Shown here: one piece after another, positions 9,298-18,133 of the stretch
Position numbering within the stretch: the stretch's first letter is position 1
How the letters are laid out: every line of letters starts with the position of its first letter
From: Pseudomonadota bacterium
GTDB lineage: Bacteria > Pseudomonadota > Alphaproteobacteria > Rhodobacterales > Rhodobacteraceae
Assembly (NCBI GenBank): GCA_039815685.1
Contig: JBCBYV010000014.1
Span: 12,338 to 76,337 of the forward strand
DNA: 64,000 nt
Reading direction: 5' to 3'
Notes under the pieces: model-generated
Database searches by the model: none
Seen by the model: the letters and a program-made list of their open reading frames with translations, nothing else
Told to the model about the DNA's origin: nothing
Translations under genes and position numbers: made by a program

Positions 9298-9466
9298 CTA
9301 GCGGTTTGCCTGAAACGGAAGAGACCATTGGGGGTCATGCCCGGGCTTTACCCGAGGATCCACAGAGCATCATGACTACAATCGCTTGCAGCGGTTTGGA
9401 TTGCCGGATCGAGTCCGGCAATGAACGCCACGAGTGTCTCGGCCGAACCACAGGCACACCGTTCAG
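9298..9466. repeat. REP/RIME-like composite palindromic element
   Basis: Core 9334-9424: GTCATGCCCGGGCTTTACCCGAGGATCCA...TGGATTGCCGGATCGAGTCCGGCAATGA. Nested in outer inverted repeats CGGTTTGCCTG (9302-9312) / CAGGCACACCG (9451-9461). Confidence 0.75.
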
Positions 9467-9539
9467 ACGGCTCAGTTAAGTCTGTTTTCTAGCAGGCGCC
9501 TATGAGTGATCGCAGCGGATCGCGGAAAACCCGACACAC

Positions 9540-10655
9540 TCAACGTTGGCCGGTGCGGGCGCCGTGGAAGAGCTGTTTCAGCTCTCGCGGTTGGCTTCGC
9601 CAGTACTGCTTCGGAGCAGCGACGCTCGCGCCGAGCTTCGCCGCTGCGTGCCAGGGCCAGCGGGGGTTGTAGAGCATCGCTCGGGCGAGGGCGATTGCAT
9701 CGGCCTGCCCGTTTGCGACGATCTCCTCCGCCTGCTCGGGCTCGGTGATCAGGCCCACGGCGATCGTCGGCAGCCCCGCCTCGGCCTTCACGCGATCGGC
9801 GAACGGCACCTGATAGCCGGGGCCGAGGGCGATCTTCTGCTCGGGCGAGACGCCGCCGGAACTCACATGGATTGCCGCCGCACCTCGCGCGGCCAGCTCC
9901 TTCGTCAACGCTACGCTGTCCTCGATATCCCACCCGCCGTCGACCCAGTCGGAGGCTGAGATGCGGGTCCAGACCGGGCGATGCCCCGGGAAGGCGGCGC
10001 GCACGGCCTCGAATATCTCGAGCGGGAAGCGCATCCGCCCCTCGCGGCTGCCGCCATAGGCATCGTTGCGCTTGTTCGCGATGGGCGAGAGGAACTGGTG
10101 GAAGAGGTAGCCATGGGCGAAGTGAAGCTCGATCGCGTCGATGCCGAGCCGGGCAGCACGCCTGGCTGCGGCGACGAAATCCCCCTTCACCTTCTCGAGC
10201 CCGACCTCGTCGAGTGCGAGGGGCGCCTCCTCCCCCGCCCCATGCGGCAGGGCTGAGGATGACACGGTGCGCCATCCATGCGGTGTGGCCGCCGGGATCT
10301 GAATGCCCCCCTCCCATGGCGGCAGGCTCGATCCCTTTCGCCCGGCATGGGCGAGTTGAATCGCGACCGGGATATCGGAATGCACGCGTATCCCCGCCAG
10401 CACCTTCGCGAGCGCCGCCTCGTTCTCATCCGACCAGAGGCCAAGATCCCAGGCCGTGATGCCCGCCTCAGCGCTCACCCCCGTCGCTTCCAGTATCAGG
10501 AGCCCAGCCCCCGAGAGCGACAGGCTGCCGAGATGCATCATGTGCCAGTCCGTCGCCGAGCCGTTCTGGGCGGAGTATTGGCACATTGGCGCGATGATGA
10601 TGCGGTTCTCGAGGCGGAGACCGCCGAGGTCCAGGGGCTCGAAGAGCTTGCTCAT
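9540..10655 (-). CDS. NADH:flavin oxidoreductase / old yellow enzyme (YqjM/NamA-like)
   Basis: NRIIIAPMCQYSA, IQLAHAGRKGS, HFAHGYLFHQFLSP, RISASDW. ATG 10655 after GGAG. Confidence 0.9.
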   Translation of the reverse strand: MSKLFEPLDLGGLRLENRIIIAPMCQYSAQNGSATDWHMMHLGSLSLSGAGLLILEATGVSAEAGITAWDLGLWSDENEAALAKVLAGIRVHSDIPVAIQLAHAGRKGSSLPPWEGGIQIPAATPHGWRTVSSSALPHGAGEEAPLALDEVGLEKVKGDFVAAARRAARLGIDAIELHFAHGYLFHQFLSPIANKRNDAYGGSREGRMRFPLEIFEAVRAAFPGHRPVWTRISASDWVDGGWDIEDSVALTKELAARGAAAIHVSSGGVSPEQKIALGPGYQVPFADRVKAEAGLPTIAVGLITEPEQAEEIVANGQADAIALARAMLYNPRWPWHAAAKLGASVAAPKQYWRSQPRELKQLFHGARTGQR

Positions 10656-10728
10656 GGGGAGGAGTCCTTTCGCGAGGCGCGTTTCGGCGCAGCTATGCCC
10701 TGCGTGCGCGTTGGCAAGCCGCAGCACC

Positions 10729-11643
10729 TCAAGGCTCAATTGCGGGCGGCGCAAGGATCGCGGCAAAGGGCGCGGCCGAGGGGGCGAGGTAGCAGAGCTC
10801 GAACTCCATCGGCGTGAGGCGGAGGAGCGGGCCCGGCACGATGCGTTCGAGCCGCCCTTCGGCCACTTCGTCCGCCACCAGCCGGTCGGGCAATGTGCCG
10901 ATGCCGAAGCCCGCGCGCGCAAGATGCGTCATGGTTGCGAGCGAGGACGAGCCGTGCAGCACCGGCGCCGGCGCCCCTGGTACGGTCAGCAGTCTGAGCA
11001 CTTCGCGCGCGGGCGGCGTGCGCCGGGCAAAGGTGATCACGGCAAGGTCACGCGCCGCCAGCACATCGAGGAAAGCGGCCGGCTCCAGCGGCCCGAGGCG
11101 ATGGGGGAGCAGACCGGGGGCGGCGTACCAGCCGAGGCTCACCCGCTCGATGGGTTGCGATGGCGCCCCGCCCGGCACCCATTGGCGCAGCAGAAGCGCG
11201 ATGTCGATGGCATCCTCGGTCAGGGCGCGCTGCAGGTCCTCTGAGACATCCACCGAGAGTTCGAGCCGTATCTTCGGCGCGGCCTCGCGCAGACGTTCCA
11301 GAAGCTGCGGCAGGGCGGAGTGAACGATCGTCTCCGCCACGCCTATGCGCAGCGTGCCCTCCATCCCTTCCCCGGCCGACAGCTCCGCCGCGATGCTGTC
11401 GCGCAGATCGAGGAGCAGGTTGGCCCGTTCGAGAAAGCGCCGCCCCTCCGGCGCAAGCCGCGCACCGCGCCGCGACCGGTCGAAGAGGACAAGGCCGAGC
11501 GTCTCCTCGAGATGCGAGATTCGCTCCGACACCGCGGAGGGTGCAACCTTCAGCACTTCAGCCGCCGCCCGAAATCCTCCGGCACGGGCGATTTCGCGCA
11601 CGATCTCCGCATCCCTCAGTCCGAACATCGCTACCTTCCCCAT
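10729..11643 (-). CDS. LysR-family transcriptional regulator
   Basis: N-terminal HTH FRAAAEVLKVAPSAVSERISHLEETLGLVLFDRS, then LRIGVAETI. Divergent from the DUF1445 operon. Confidence 0.92.
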   Translation of the reverse strand: MGKVAMFGLRDAEIVREIARAGGFRAAAEVLKVAPSAVSERISHLEETLGLVLFDRSRRGARLAPEGRRFLERANLLLDLRDSIAAELSAGEGMEGTLRIGVAETIVHSALPQLLERLREAAPKIRLELSVDVSEDLQRALTEDAIDIALLLRQWVPGGAPSQPIERVSLGWYAAPGLLPHRLGPLEPAAFLDVLAARDLAVITFARRTPPAREVLRLLTVPGAPAPVLHGSSSLATMTHLARAGFGIGTLPDRLVADEVAEGRLERIVPGPLLRLTPMEFELCYLAPSAAPFAAILAPPAIEP

Positions 11644-11645
11644 AG

Positions 11646-11664
11646 TGTTCGGTTTAGCCGAACA
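11646..11664. promoter_or_regulatory. LysR-type operator palindrome
   Basis: TGTTCGG-TTTAG-CCGAACA, a perfect 7-bp dyad containing T-N11-A, at the lysR start codon. Confidence 0.65.
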
Positions 11665-11737
11665 TATTGATCATCATTTGATCGATTGACGATGACAACA
11701 ATCTCTGGTGGCGTGTCTTCGTACGGAGGTTGAAGCC

Positions 11738-12556
11738 ATGGCCGGCAGAACGCCCGACGAGATCGCCACGGATGCCCGGTCCTTCCGCAAGCGTGTGCGG
11801 AGCGGCGAGTGGAAAGGCCCCACCACCGGCGCCGCGCATGGCGCGCTGCAGGCGAACCTCGCGGTCATGCCGGCCTCCCATGCCGAGGCCTTCGAGACGT
11901 TCTGCCACCTGAACCCTCGACCCTGCCCCCTGCTGGGCCGCACCGCGCCTGGGCGCCGGGAGATCCCGGAACTTGCCCACGACCTCGACATCGCGCGTGA
12001 CGTACCGGCCTACCGCGTGCTCCGTCACGGCGCCCCGGCCGAAAAGCTCGATACGCTTGAGCCGATCTGGGCGGATCAGACCGTGGTCTTTGCCATCGGC
12101 TGCTCGTTCTCCTTCGAAGCGGCGATGGAAGGGGCCGGCATTCCGGTGCGTCACTGGCAGCGTCGGGCGAACGTCCCGATGTATCTCTCGAACATCGACA
12201 CGAAGCCCTCGGGGCCCTTCGGCGGCAAGATGGTCGTGAGCATGCGCGGCGTGCCCGCGGACCGAGCAAGTGAGCTACAGGCGCTCTGCTCCCGTTTCCC
12301 CTTTGCCCACGGCGCGCCGGTGCATATCGGCGACCCGGCGGAGATCGGGATCACAGACATCGCAAAGCCGGATTTTGGCGATGACCCATACGTGGAGGAG
12401 GGCGACGTGCTCGCCTTCTGGGCCTGCGGGGTGACGGCGCAGATCGCGCTTCGCCACGCGCGCTTGACCCTCGCTGCCGCGCATGAACCCGGCCACATGC
12501 TGGTGACGGACCTTGATGCCTCGGCGCCGGGCCTCGCCGCCTGGGCCGCTGCCTGA
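11738..12556 (+). CDS. DUF1445 putative hydro-lyase, D-glutamate cyclase family
   Basis: LQANL, FCHLNPRPCPLL, FAIGCSFSFE, HGAPVHIGDP, FWACGVT, HEPGHMLVTD. GGAGG RBS. Confidence 0.85.
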   Translation: MAGRTPDEIATDARSFRKRVRSGEWKGPTTGAAHGALQANLAVMPASHAEAFETFCHLNPRPCPLLGRTAPGRREIPELAHDLDIARDVPAYRVLRHGAPAEKLDTLEPIWADQTVVFAIGCSFSFEAAMEGAGIPVRHWQRRANVPMYLSNIDTKPSGPFGGKMVVSMRGVPADRASELQALCSRFPFAHGAPVHIGDPAEIGITDIAKPDFGDDPYVEEGDVLAFWACGVTAQIALRHARLTLAAAHEPGHMLVTDLDASAPGLAAWAAA

Positions 12557-12619
12557 CGTCCCGCCGCGTGGCGGCCCCCGCCTGCCGACGAATGAAAAGA
12601 AGAGACGAGGAGAGTATCA

Positions 12620-13660
12620 ATGACCACCCGCCTTATCGCCTCCGCCGCCACGGCCCTCGCGCTCGCCGCCACTGCGGCACCCGCGGCCGAGACATTCTCG
12701 GTCGTCGGCAGCTGGTCGTCCCTGCCGCTCTACAACGACTACGAGGCGCCCTTCTGGACGACGCAGCTGCCCGAGGCGTCGGGCGGCAACATCGCCGTCG
12801 AAATGACCACCTTCAACCAGATGGGCGTCAAGGGCGGCGACGTCTTCCGCCTGCTCAATGACGGCGTCTTCGACGTGGGCATGACCGTGGCGGACTATAC
12901 GGTCGGCGACGCGCCGGAACTCGAAGGCCTCGATGTGCCCCTGATCGCCACCGATGCGGCCACGGCGCGCAAGGCCGTGGATGCAGCGCGCCCCATGGTG
13001 GCGGACATCATGGAGCAGTCCTTCGGGGCCAAGATGCTCGCGATTGCGCCCTACCCGCCGCAGATCATCTTCTGCAAGCCGGAGGTGTCGAAGCTCAGCG
13101 ACCTTCAGGGGCTGAAGATCCGCGGCTCGGGCCGGATGACAACGAAACTTCTTGAGGCGCTCGGCGCCGAGGGCGTCAATGTCGGCTTCTCCGAGGTGCC
13201 GGGCGCGCTCCAGCGCGGCGTCGTGGACTGCGCGATCACCGGTTCCGGCTCGGGCTACAACGCCGGCTGGCACGAGGTGACAACGCATGTGATGCCCCTG
13301 CCGCTCGGTGGCTGGGACCCGGTCGTGACCGCCATGAACCTCGACCGCTGGAACAGCCTCGACGCCGAGACGCAGGCGCTCATCCAGAAGGAGATCGCCG
13401 AGAAGTTCGAGACGCCCGCCTGGGAGACCGCGGCTGCGAGCCTCGAGACCGATCTCGACTGCCTCACCGGCCGGGCCGACTGCCCGATGGGCGACCCCGC
13501 CTCGATGACCCTAGTGCCGGTCACGGCCGAGGACGAGGCGACGGCGCGCGAGATCCTGGTCGGTACCGTGCTACCGGACTGGGCCGAGCGGGCGGGCGGC
13601 GACTGGAAGACCCGCTGGAACGAGAGCGTCGGCGCTGCGACCGGCGTGGCCATTCCCTAA
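12620..13660 (+). CDS. TRAP transporter substrate-binding protein (DctP family)
   Basis: Sec signal peptide, SDLQGLKIR (carboxylate-binding Arg), EVPGALQRGVVDC. Confidence 0.88.
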   Translation: MTTRLIASAATALALAATAAPAAETFSVVGSWSSLPLYNDYEAPFWTTQLPEASGGNIAVEMTTFNQMGVKGGDVFRLLNDGVFDVGMTVADYTVGDAPELEGLDVPLIATDAATARKAVDAARPMVADIMEQSFGAKMLAIAPYPPQIIFCKPEVSKLSDLQGLKIRGSGRMTTKLLEALGAEGVNVGFSEVPGALQRGVVDCAITGSGSGYNAGWHEVTTHVMPLPLGGWDPVVTAMNLDRWNSLDAETQALIQKEIAEKFETPAWETAAASLETDLDCLTGRADCPMGDPASMTLVPVTAEDEATAREILVGTVLPDWAERAGGDWKTRWNESVGAATGVAIP

Positions 13661-13669
13661 GCCCGAGCG

Positions 13670-14260
13670 GTGACCGCCGAACGGACCCTTGCCGCCCTGC
13701 GCCGCGTGAATGCCGGCGTGGGGCTTGGCTGCGGGCTGGTGCTGCTCGCCGCCTGCGCCTTCATCCTGCTCGAGATCGTGATGCGCCGGGTCGCCTTCGG
13801 CATCTTCGGCGGCACGGACGAGATCTCGGGCTACGTGATGGCTGGGGTCGCGAGCTTCGCTGCCGGCTATGCGCTGGTCGAGCGCGCCCATATTCGCATC
13901 GACATCCTGCACCGCCGACTGCCGGCGGTGGCGCGGACGCTACTCGACATCCTGAGCCTCGGCGGTCTCTTTGCGGTATCGCTCACGCTCCTCTACCACG
14001 GCGGCGGGGTCCTCTCGAAGTCGCTGAGTGCCGGATCGACCGCCAACACGCCGCTCGAGACACCGCTCTGGATACCCCAGCTCATCTGGCTCCTCGGCTG
14101 GGTATGGTTCGCGGTCGCGGCACTGGTGCTGCTCGTTCTCACCATTCGCTTCGCGCTCTCGGCCGACTGGTCGAACGCCGCCGCGCTGGCGGCGCCCGAG
14201 ACCGACGAAAGCGCGGTCGAGACTGCGTTGAACGAAGAAGAGGGGCGGCGGACGACATGA
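13670..14260 (+). CDS. TRAP small permease (DctQ)
   Basis: 4 TM, GTDEISGY, HIRIDIL, PLWIPQ. Confidence 0.88.
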   Translation: MTAERTLAALRRVNAGVGLGCGLVLLAACAFILLEIVMRRVAFGIFGGTDEISGYVMAGVASFAAGYALVERAHIRIDILHRRLPAVARTLLDILSLGGLFAVSLTLLYHGGGVLSKSLSAGSTANTPLETPLWIPQLIWLLGWVWFAVAALVLLVLTIRFALSADWSNAAALAAPETDESAVETALNEEEGRRTT

Positions 14261-15549
14261 TCACGCGTCTCACCATCGCCCTCCTCGCGCTGCTGGTGGT
14301 CTCCGCGCCTGTGGGGCTCACGCTCTTCGTGCTGGCCTTCGGGGTGGACTGGTTCTTCTCGGCATTCCCCCTCTCCCGCGGGATGGGACAGGTGATCTGG
14401 AGTTCCTCGAACTCCGCTCTCCTCATCGCCATCCCTTTCTTCATCTTCCTGGGCGAGCTACTGGTCCGATCCGGCGTTGCCGCGCGCACCTACAAGGCGC
14501 TCGATGCCTGGCTCTCCTGGCTGCCCGGCGGGCTCATCCACGCGAATATCGCGACGGCGACGGCGTTCTCCGCCACCTCCGGCTCTTCGGTGGCCACGGC
14601 TGCAACTGTAGCGACCGTGGCGACGCCACAGGGCACGAAGCTCGGCTACGACCCGCGCCTTTTTGCCGGCGCGATCGCTGCCGGGGGAACGCTCGGCATC
14701 ATGATCCCGCCCTCAATCAACCTGATCGTCTACGGGTTTCTGACCCAGACCTCGATCCCGCAGCTCTTCCTTGCCGGGCTCATTCCGGGGATCCTGCTCG
14801 CGCTCATGTTCATGGGCGTGACAGCCCTCATCTGCTCGCTAAAGCCGTCCTATGGCGGCCCGGGAACGAAAGTCGACTGGAACGCGCGCCTCCGCGGGCT
14901 CTGGGATCTCGTGCCGGTGCTGATCCTATTCGCCGCCATCGTCGGCTCGATCTATGCCGGCTGGGCCACGCCGACGGAGGCCGCGGCCGTGGGCGTGGCC
15001 ATCGCCGCCGTCATCGCCGCATCCGTCGGCGGGCTCACGCTCGCCGCCGTGCACGCAGCCCTCCTCGGCACGGTGAAGGTGACGGGGATGATTATCTTCA
15101 TCATCCTCGCCGCCTCCTTCCTCAACTACACGCTCGGCGCCGCGGGCCTTGGCCGAGAGCTGCAGGCGCTGCTCGACAGCCTGCAACTCGGACCGCTCGA
15201 GACCATGCTGGCGATCATCGTGCTCTACATCATCCTCGGCTTCTTCATCGAGACCCTGAGCCTGATGGTCGCCACGATCCCCATCGTAGCGCCAATCGTC
15301 ATCGCCATAGGCTACGACCCCGTCTGGTTCGGCATCATGCTGATCCTTCTGGTGGAGATGGCGCTGATCACGCCGCCCGTCGGTCTCAACCTCTTCGTCG
15401 TGCAAGCTGCACGACGCGCCGCCGGCGCGCCCGGCGGGCTCGGCGTCGTAATGCAGGGAGCAGCGCCCTATGCCGTCGTTATGCTGCTCATGGCCTTTCT
15501 GCTGCTCGCCGTCCCGGGCCTCGCGCTCTGGCTGCCGAGCCTCGGCTAG
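14257..15549 (+). CDS. TRAP large permease (DctM)
   Basis: LIAIPFFIFLGE, SGSSVA, AGGTLGIMIPPS, TPTEAAAVG, ITPPVGLNLF. ATGA overlap with dctQ. Confidence 0.92.
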   Translation: MITRLTIALLALLVVSAPVGLTLFVLAFGVDWFFSAFPLSRGMGQVIWSSSNSALLIAIPFFIFLGELLVRSGVAARTYKALDAWLSWLPGGLIHANIATATAFSATSGSSVATAATVATVATPQGTKLGYDPRLFAGAIAAGGTLGIMIPPSINLIVYGFLTQTSIPQLFLAGLIPGILLALMFMGVTALICSLKPSYGGPGTKVDWNARLRGLWDLVPVLILFAAIVGSIYAGWATPTEAAAVGVAIAAVIAASVGGLTLAAVHAALLGTVKVTGMIIFIILAASFLNYTLGAAGLGRELQALLDSLQLGPLETMLAIIVLYIILGFFIETLSLMVATIPIVAPIVIAIGYDPVWFGIMLILLVEMALITPPVGLNLFVVQAARRAAGAPGGLGVVMQGAAPYAVVMLLMAFLLLAVPGLALWLPSLG

Positions 15550-15558
15550 GAGAGGCCC

Positions 15559-16239
15559 ATGCCGCTCCGCTTCGAGACGCCTGAGGGCGCGCTGGAGGTC
15601 ACGCCTCGCCGCTGTCTGATCGCGGGCTGGACGGGTCGGGATCCCGCGAAGGTCGCCCATCATATCGAGGAGCTGGCGGCCATTGGAGTCGCCCCGCCCT
15701 CCACGACGCCGCTCTATTACCGCGTGCCTGCAGCGCTCGCGGCACAGGAGGCCGCCTACGAGGTGCTCTCGGCGGAAACAGGCGGAGAGTCCGAGCCCGT
15801 AATCCTCGACGATGGCGAGCGCCTCTGGCTGACCCTCGGCTCCGACCACACGGATCGCGGTCTCGAAGCCGCCTCCGTCGCCCATTCCAAAGCCGTCTGC
15901 CCCAAACCCCTCGCGACCGCGGCCTGGCCGCTCGAGGCGGTCGCAGCGCGTCTCGACGCCCTCACGCTCGAGAGCGAGATCTCCGCGGACGGGGCGTCTT
16001 GGCAGTCCTACCAGGCCGACAGCCTCACTGCGATGCTCCCGCTTCAGACGCTGATCGACGGCGCACCCGGCGCGAGCGCTGGCCGGCTCGGCGCGGGAAC
16101 GCTGCTCTTCTGCGGCACCGTCCCCGCCATCGGTGGCGTCCGCCCGACCCCGCATTTCCGGGCGCGGCTCCACGACCCTGCTGCCGGTCGGACAATTGCG
16201 CTTTCCTACCGAATAGAAGCGCTGCCCGTGATTGCCTGA
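15559..16239 (+). CDS. DUF2848 protein (fumarylacetoacetate-hydrolase-like fold)
   Basis: IAGWTGRD...HHIEELAAIGV.PPS.TPLYYRV, GSDHTDR.LE, SK.VCPKP, LFCGTVPAIGG. Confidence 0.8.
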   Translation: MPLRFETPEGALEVTPRRCLIAGWTGRDPAKVAHHIEELAAIGVAPPSTTPLYYRVPAALAAQEAAYEVLSAETGGESEPVILDDGERLWLTLGSDHTDRGLEAASVAHSKAVCPKPLATAAWPLEAVAARLDALTLESEISADGASWQSYQADSLTAMLPLQTLIDGAPGASAGRLGAGTLLFCGTVPAIGGVRPTPHFRARLHDPAAGRTIALSYRIEALPVIA

Positions 16240-16243
16240 ACCC

Positions 16244-16594
16244 TCAAGGCCCGTCCGCATAGTAGAAAACGGCAAGCAACAGACACCCGCCCTCGGACCG
16301 GAAAGGCCCGTGCGGCATGCCGCCGGGGCGGCAAGCATAGGCAGGCGCTTCGAACCGCACGCCCGCGGCGATCAAGTCCCCGTGCCAGACGAAGACCTCC
16401 TCGCACTCCTCATGGGTCAGCACGCCGTCCGTGGCCGCACCGGGCGCGATCCGCTGCAGCACGGTACGCGATCCGCGGCGCGTGGCATGGTCAAGATCAT
16501 CCGACAGCACCTGAACCTCGAACCCGGCCGGATAGCCCTCCTGCGCCACCCACGCGCTCTCATCGATGGCAAAGAACTCCCGATGCGGCTTCAT
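16244..16594 (-). CDS. Small cupin protein (ChrR-like cupin)
   Basis: HEECEEVFVWHGDL, YACRPGGMPHGPF. Start trimmed to ATG 16594. Confidence 0.75.
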   Translation of the reverse strand: MKPHREFFAIDESAWVAQEGYPAGFEVQVLSDDLDHATRRGSRTVLQRIAPGAATDGVLTHEECEEVFVWHGDLIAAGVRFEAPAYACRPGGMPHGPFRSEGGCLLLAVFYYADGP

Positions 16595-16714
16595 GCGACG
16601 CCCCCTTGCTGACATCTCATTGAGACCCGCCCGCGCCGCGCCGTCCAGCCCGACCGCTTGCGCTCAACCTCGCGGCAGGCTCTTCTTCGATCACTGGAAC
16701 GCGCGGGATGGCGG

Positions 16715-18010
16715 ATGACCAAGACCACACCCTTCTGGTGGGAGGATGCCGGCGCGCCGAGCGCGCCCGCGCCCTCCCCCCTGCCCGACACGGCGGATGT
16801 GGTGATCGTCGGAGCCGGCCTCACTGGCGCCTCGGCCGCTCGCACGCTCGCCCGCGCCGGCCGCTCAGTCCTGCTGCTGGATGCCGGCGCCCCTGGCATC
16901 GGCGCCTCCAGCCGCAATGGCGGCATGATCGGCGGGGGCCACCGCCTCTCGCCAGAGGCGCTCCGCGCACGCTACGGGCCCGATCTCGCCCGCCGACTGC
17001 TCCATGAGGCGCATATCGAGAGCCTCGCCTTCTGCCGCACCCTCATGGCGGACGAGGGCATTGACCCGGATTTCCGGCAAACAGGCCGCTTTCGCGGCTT
17101 CTGGGCCGCGCGCGACTATGACAGCACCGCCGGAGCGATGGAGACGCTCGCCGGCCTCATCCCCCTCGACTACGAGATGATCCCGCGCGCCCGCCAGCAT
17201 GAGGAGACCGGCTCGCCCCTCTACCGCGGCGGCATCGTCTTCCCGTCGCATGGCGGCCTCAACCCTGCGAAATGGGTCAAGGGCCTGCTCGCCGCCGCAA
17301 CCCGCCATGGCGCGACGATCCAAGGCGACACACCCGTCCTCCGCATCGAGCGGGATGCCGAGGGCCACAGGATCGAGACCCCGCGCGGCACCGTCCGCGC
17401 AGGGCAGGTCCTGATCGCCACCAACGGCTATACATCCGCGGCCACGCCCGCGTTGCGCCGCCGCATCGTGCCCGTGCCGAGCTTCATCATCGCAACGGAG
17501 CCCTTGGGCGCGAACCGCATGAAGGCGCTCTTCCCCAAGGGCCGGATGACCGTCGAGAGCCGGGATAGGCATTGCTACTACCGCCCCTCTCCCGCCGGAG
17601 ACCGCATCGTCTTCGGCGGCCGGGCCGCGATGACCGATGCGCCGGAGCGCTTCGTTCGCCACCAACTCACGGGCCTCCTCGCACAGATCTTCCCCGATCT
17701 CGGCCCCGTAGCACTCAGCCATAGCTGGCGCGGTTTCACCGGCTTCACCTTCGAGACCTTGCCGCATATGGGCGAGATCGACGGCCTCTGGAACGCGATG
17801 GGCTATTCCGGCTCCGGCAACGCCATGGCCCCCTATCTCGGTCACAAGGCAGCCCTCTCGATGCTCGGTGATCCGGCAGGGGAGACCGCCTTCGCCCACA
17901 CGCGCTTCGAGACGCGCTGGTGGCATCGCGGGCGCCCCTGGTTCATGCCGGCCGCCGATATCGCGCTCCGCCTCCGCGATGCCCGAGCCGCCTTCGGCCG
18001 CGATGCCTGA
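16715..18010 (+). CDS. FAD-dependent amine/amino-acid oxidoreductase (PuuB/OrdL-like)
   Basis: IVGAGLTG, GASSRNGG, LNPAK, ATNGYT, GYSGSGNAMAPYLG. Confidence 0.85.
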   Translation: MTKTTPFWWEDAGAPSAPAPSPLPDTADVVIVGAGLTGASAARTLARAGRSVLLLDAGAPGIGASSRNGGMIGGGHRLSPEALRARYGPDLARRLLHEAHIESLAFCRTLMADEGIDPDFRQTGRFRGFWAARDYDSTAGAMETLAGLIPLDYEMIPRARQHEETGSPLYRGGIVFPSHGGLNPAKWVKGLLAAATRHGATIQGDTPVLRIERDAEGHRIETPRGTVRAGQVLIATNGYTSAATPALRRRIVPVPSFIIATEPLGANRMKALFPKGRMTVESRDRHCYYRPSPAGDRIVFGGRAAMTDAPERFVRHQLTGLLAQIFPDLGPVALSHSWRGFTGFTFETLPHMGEIDGLWNAMGYSGSGNAMAPYLGHKAALSMLGDPAGETAFAHTRFETRWWHRGRPWFMPAADIALRLRDARAAFGRDA

Positions 18011-18047
18011 GAACGGGATCGAGAATTCCACCGGCCGGCGCGTGGAT

Positions 18048-18107
18048 GGCGGGCGGGCCGCTGAGGGGGCGGAGCCCCCGAAGTCGGGGCGCCGGACAGC
18101 CCGCGCC
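18048..18107. repeat. GC-rich nested intergenic hairpin
   Basis: GGGGGC-GGA-GCCCCC inner stem inside outer GCGGGC/GCCCGC arms, between two co-oriented genes. Confidence 0.35.
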
Positions 18108-18133
18108 ACGCAGCCCATAGCCGCGAGCCGGCG

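Noticed and set aside
3141-9466. Palindromic repeats as a CRISPR array or IS ends
   Set aside because: Copies are kilobases apart and divergent, with no regular spacers, cas genes or transposase.
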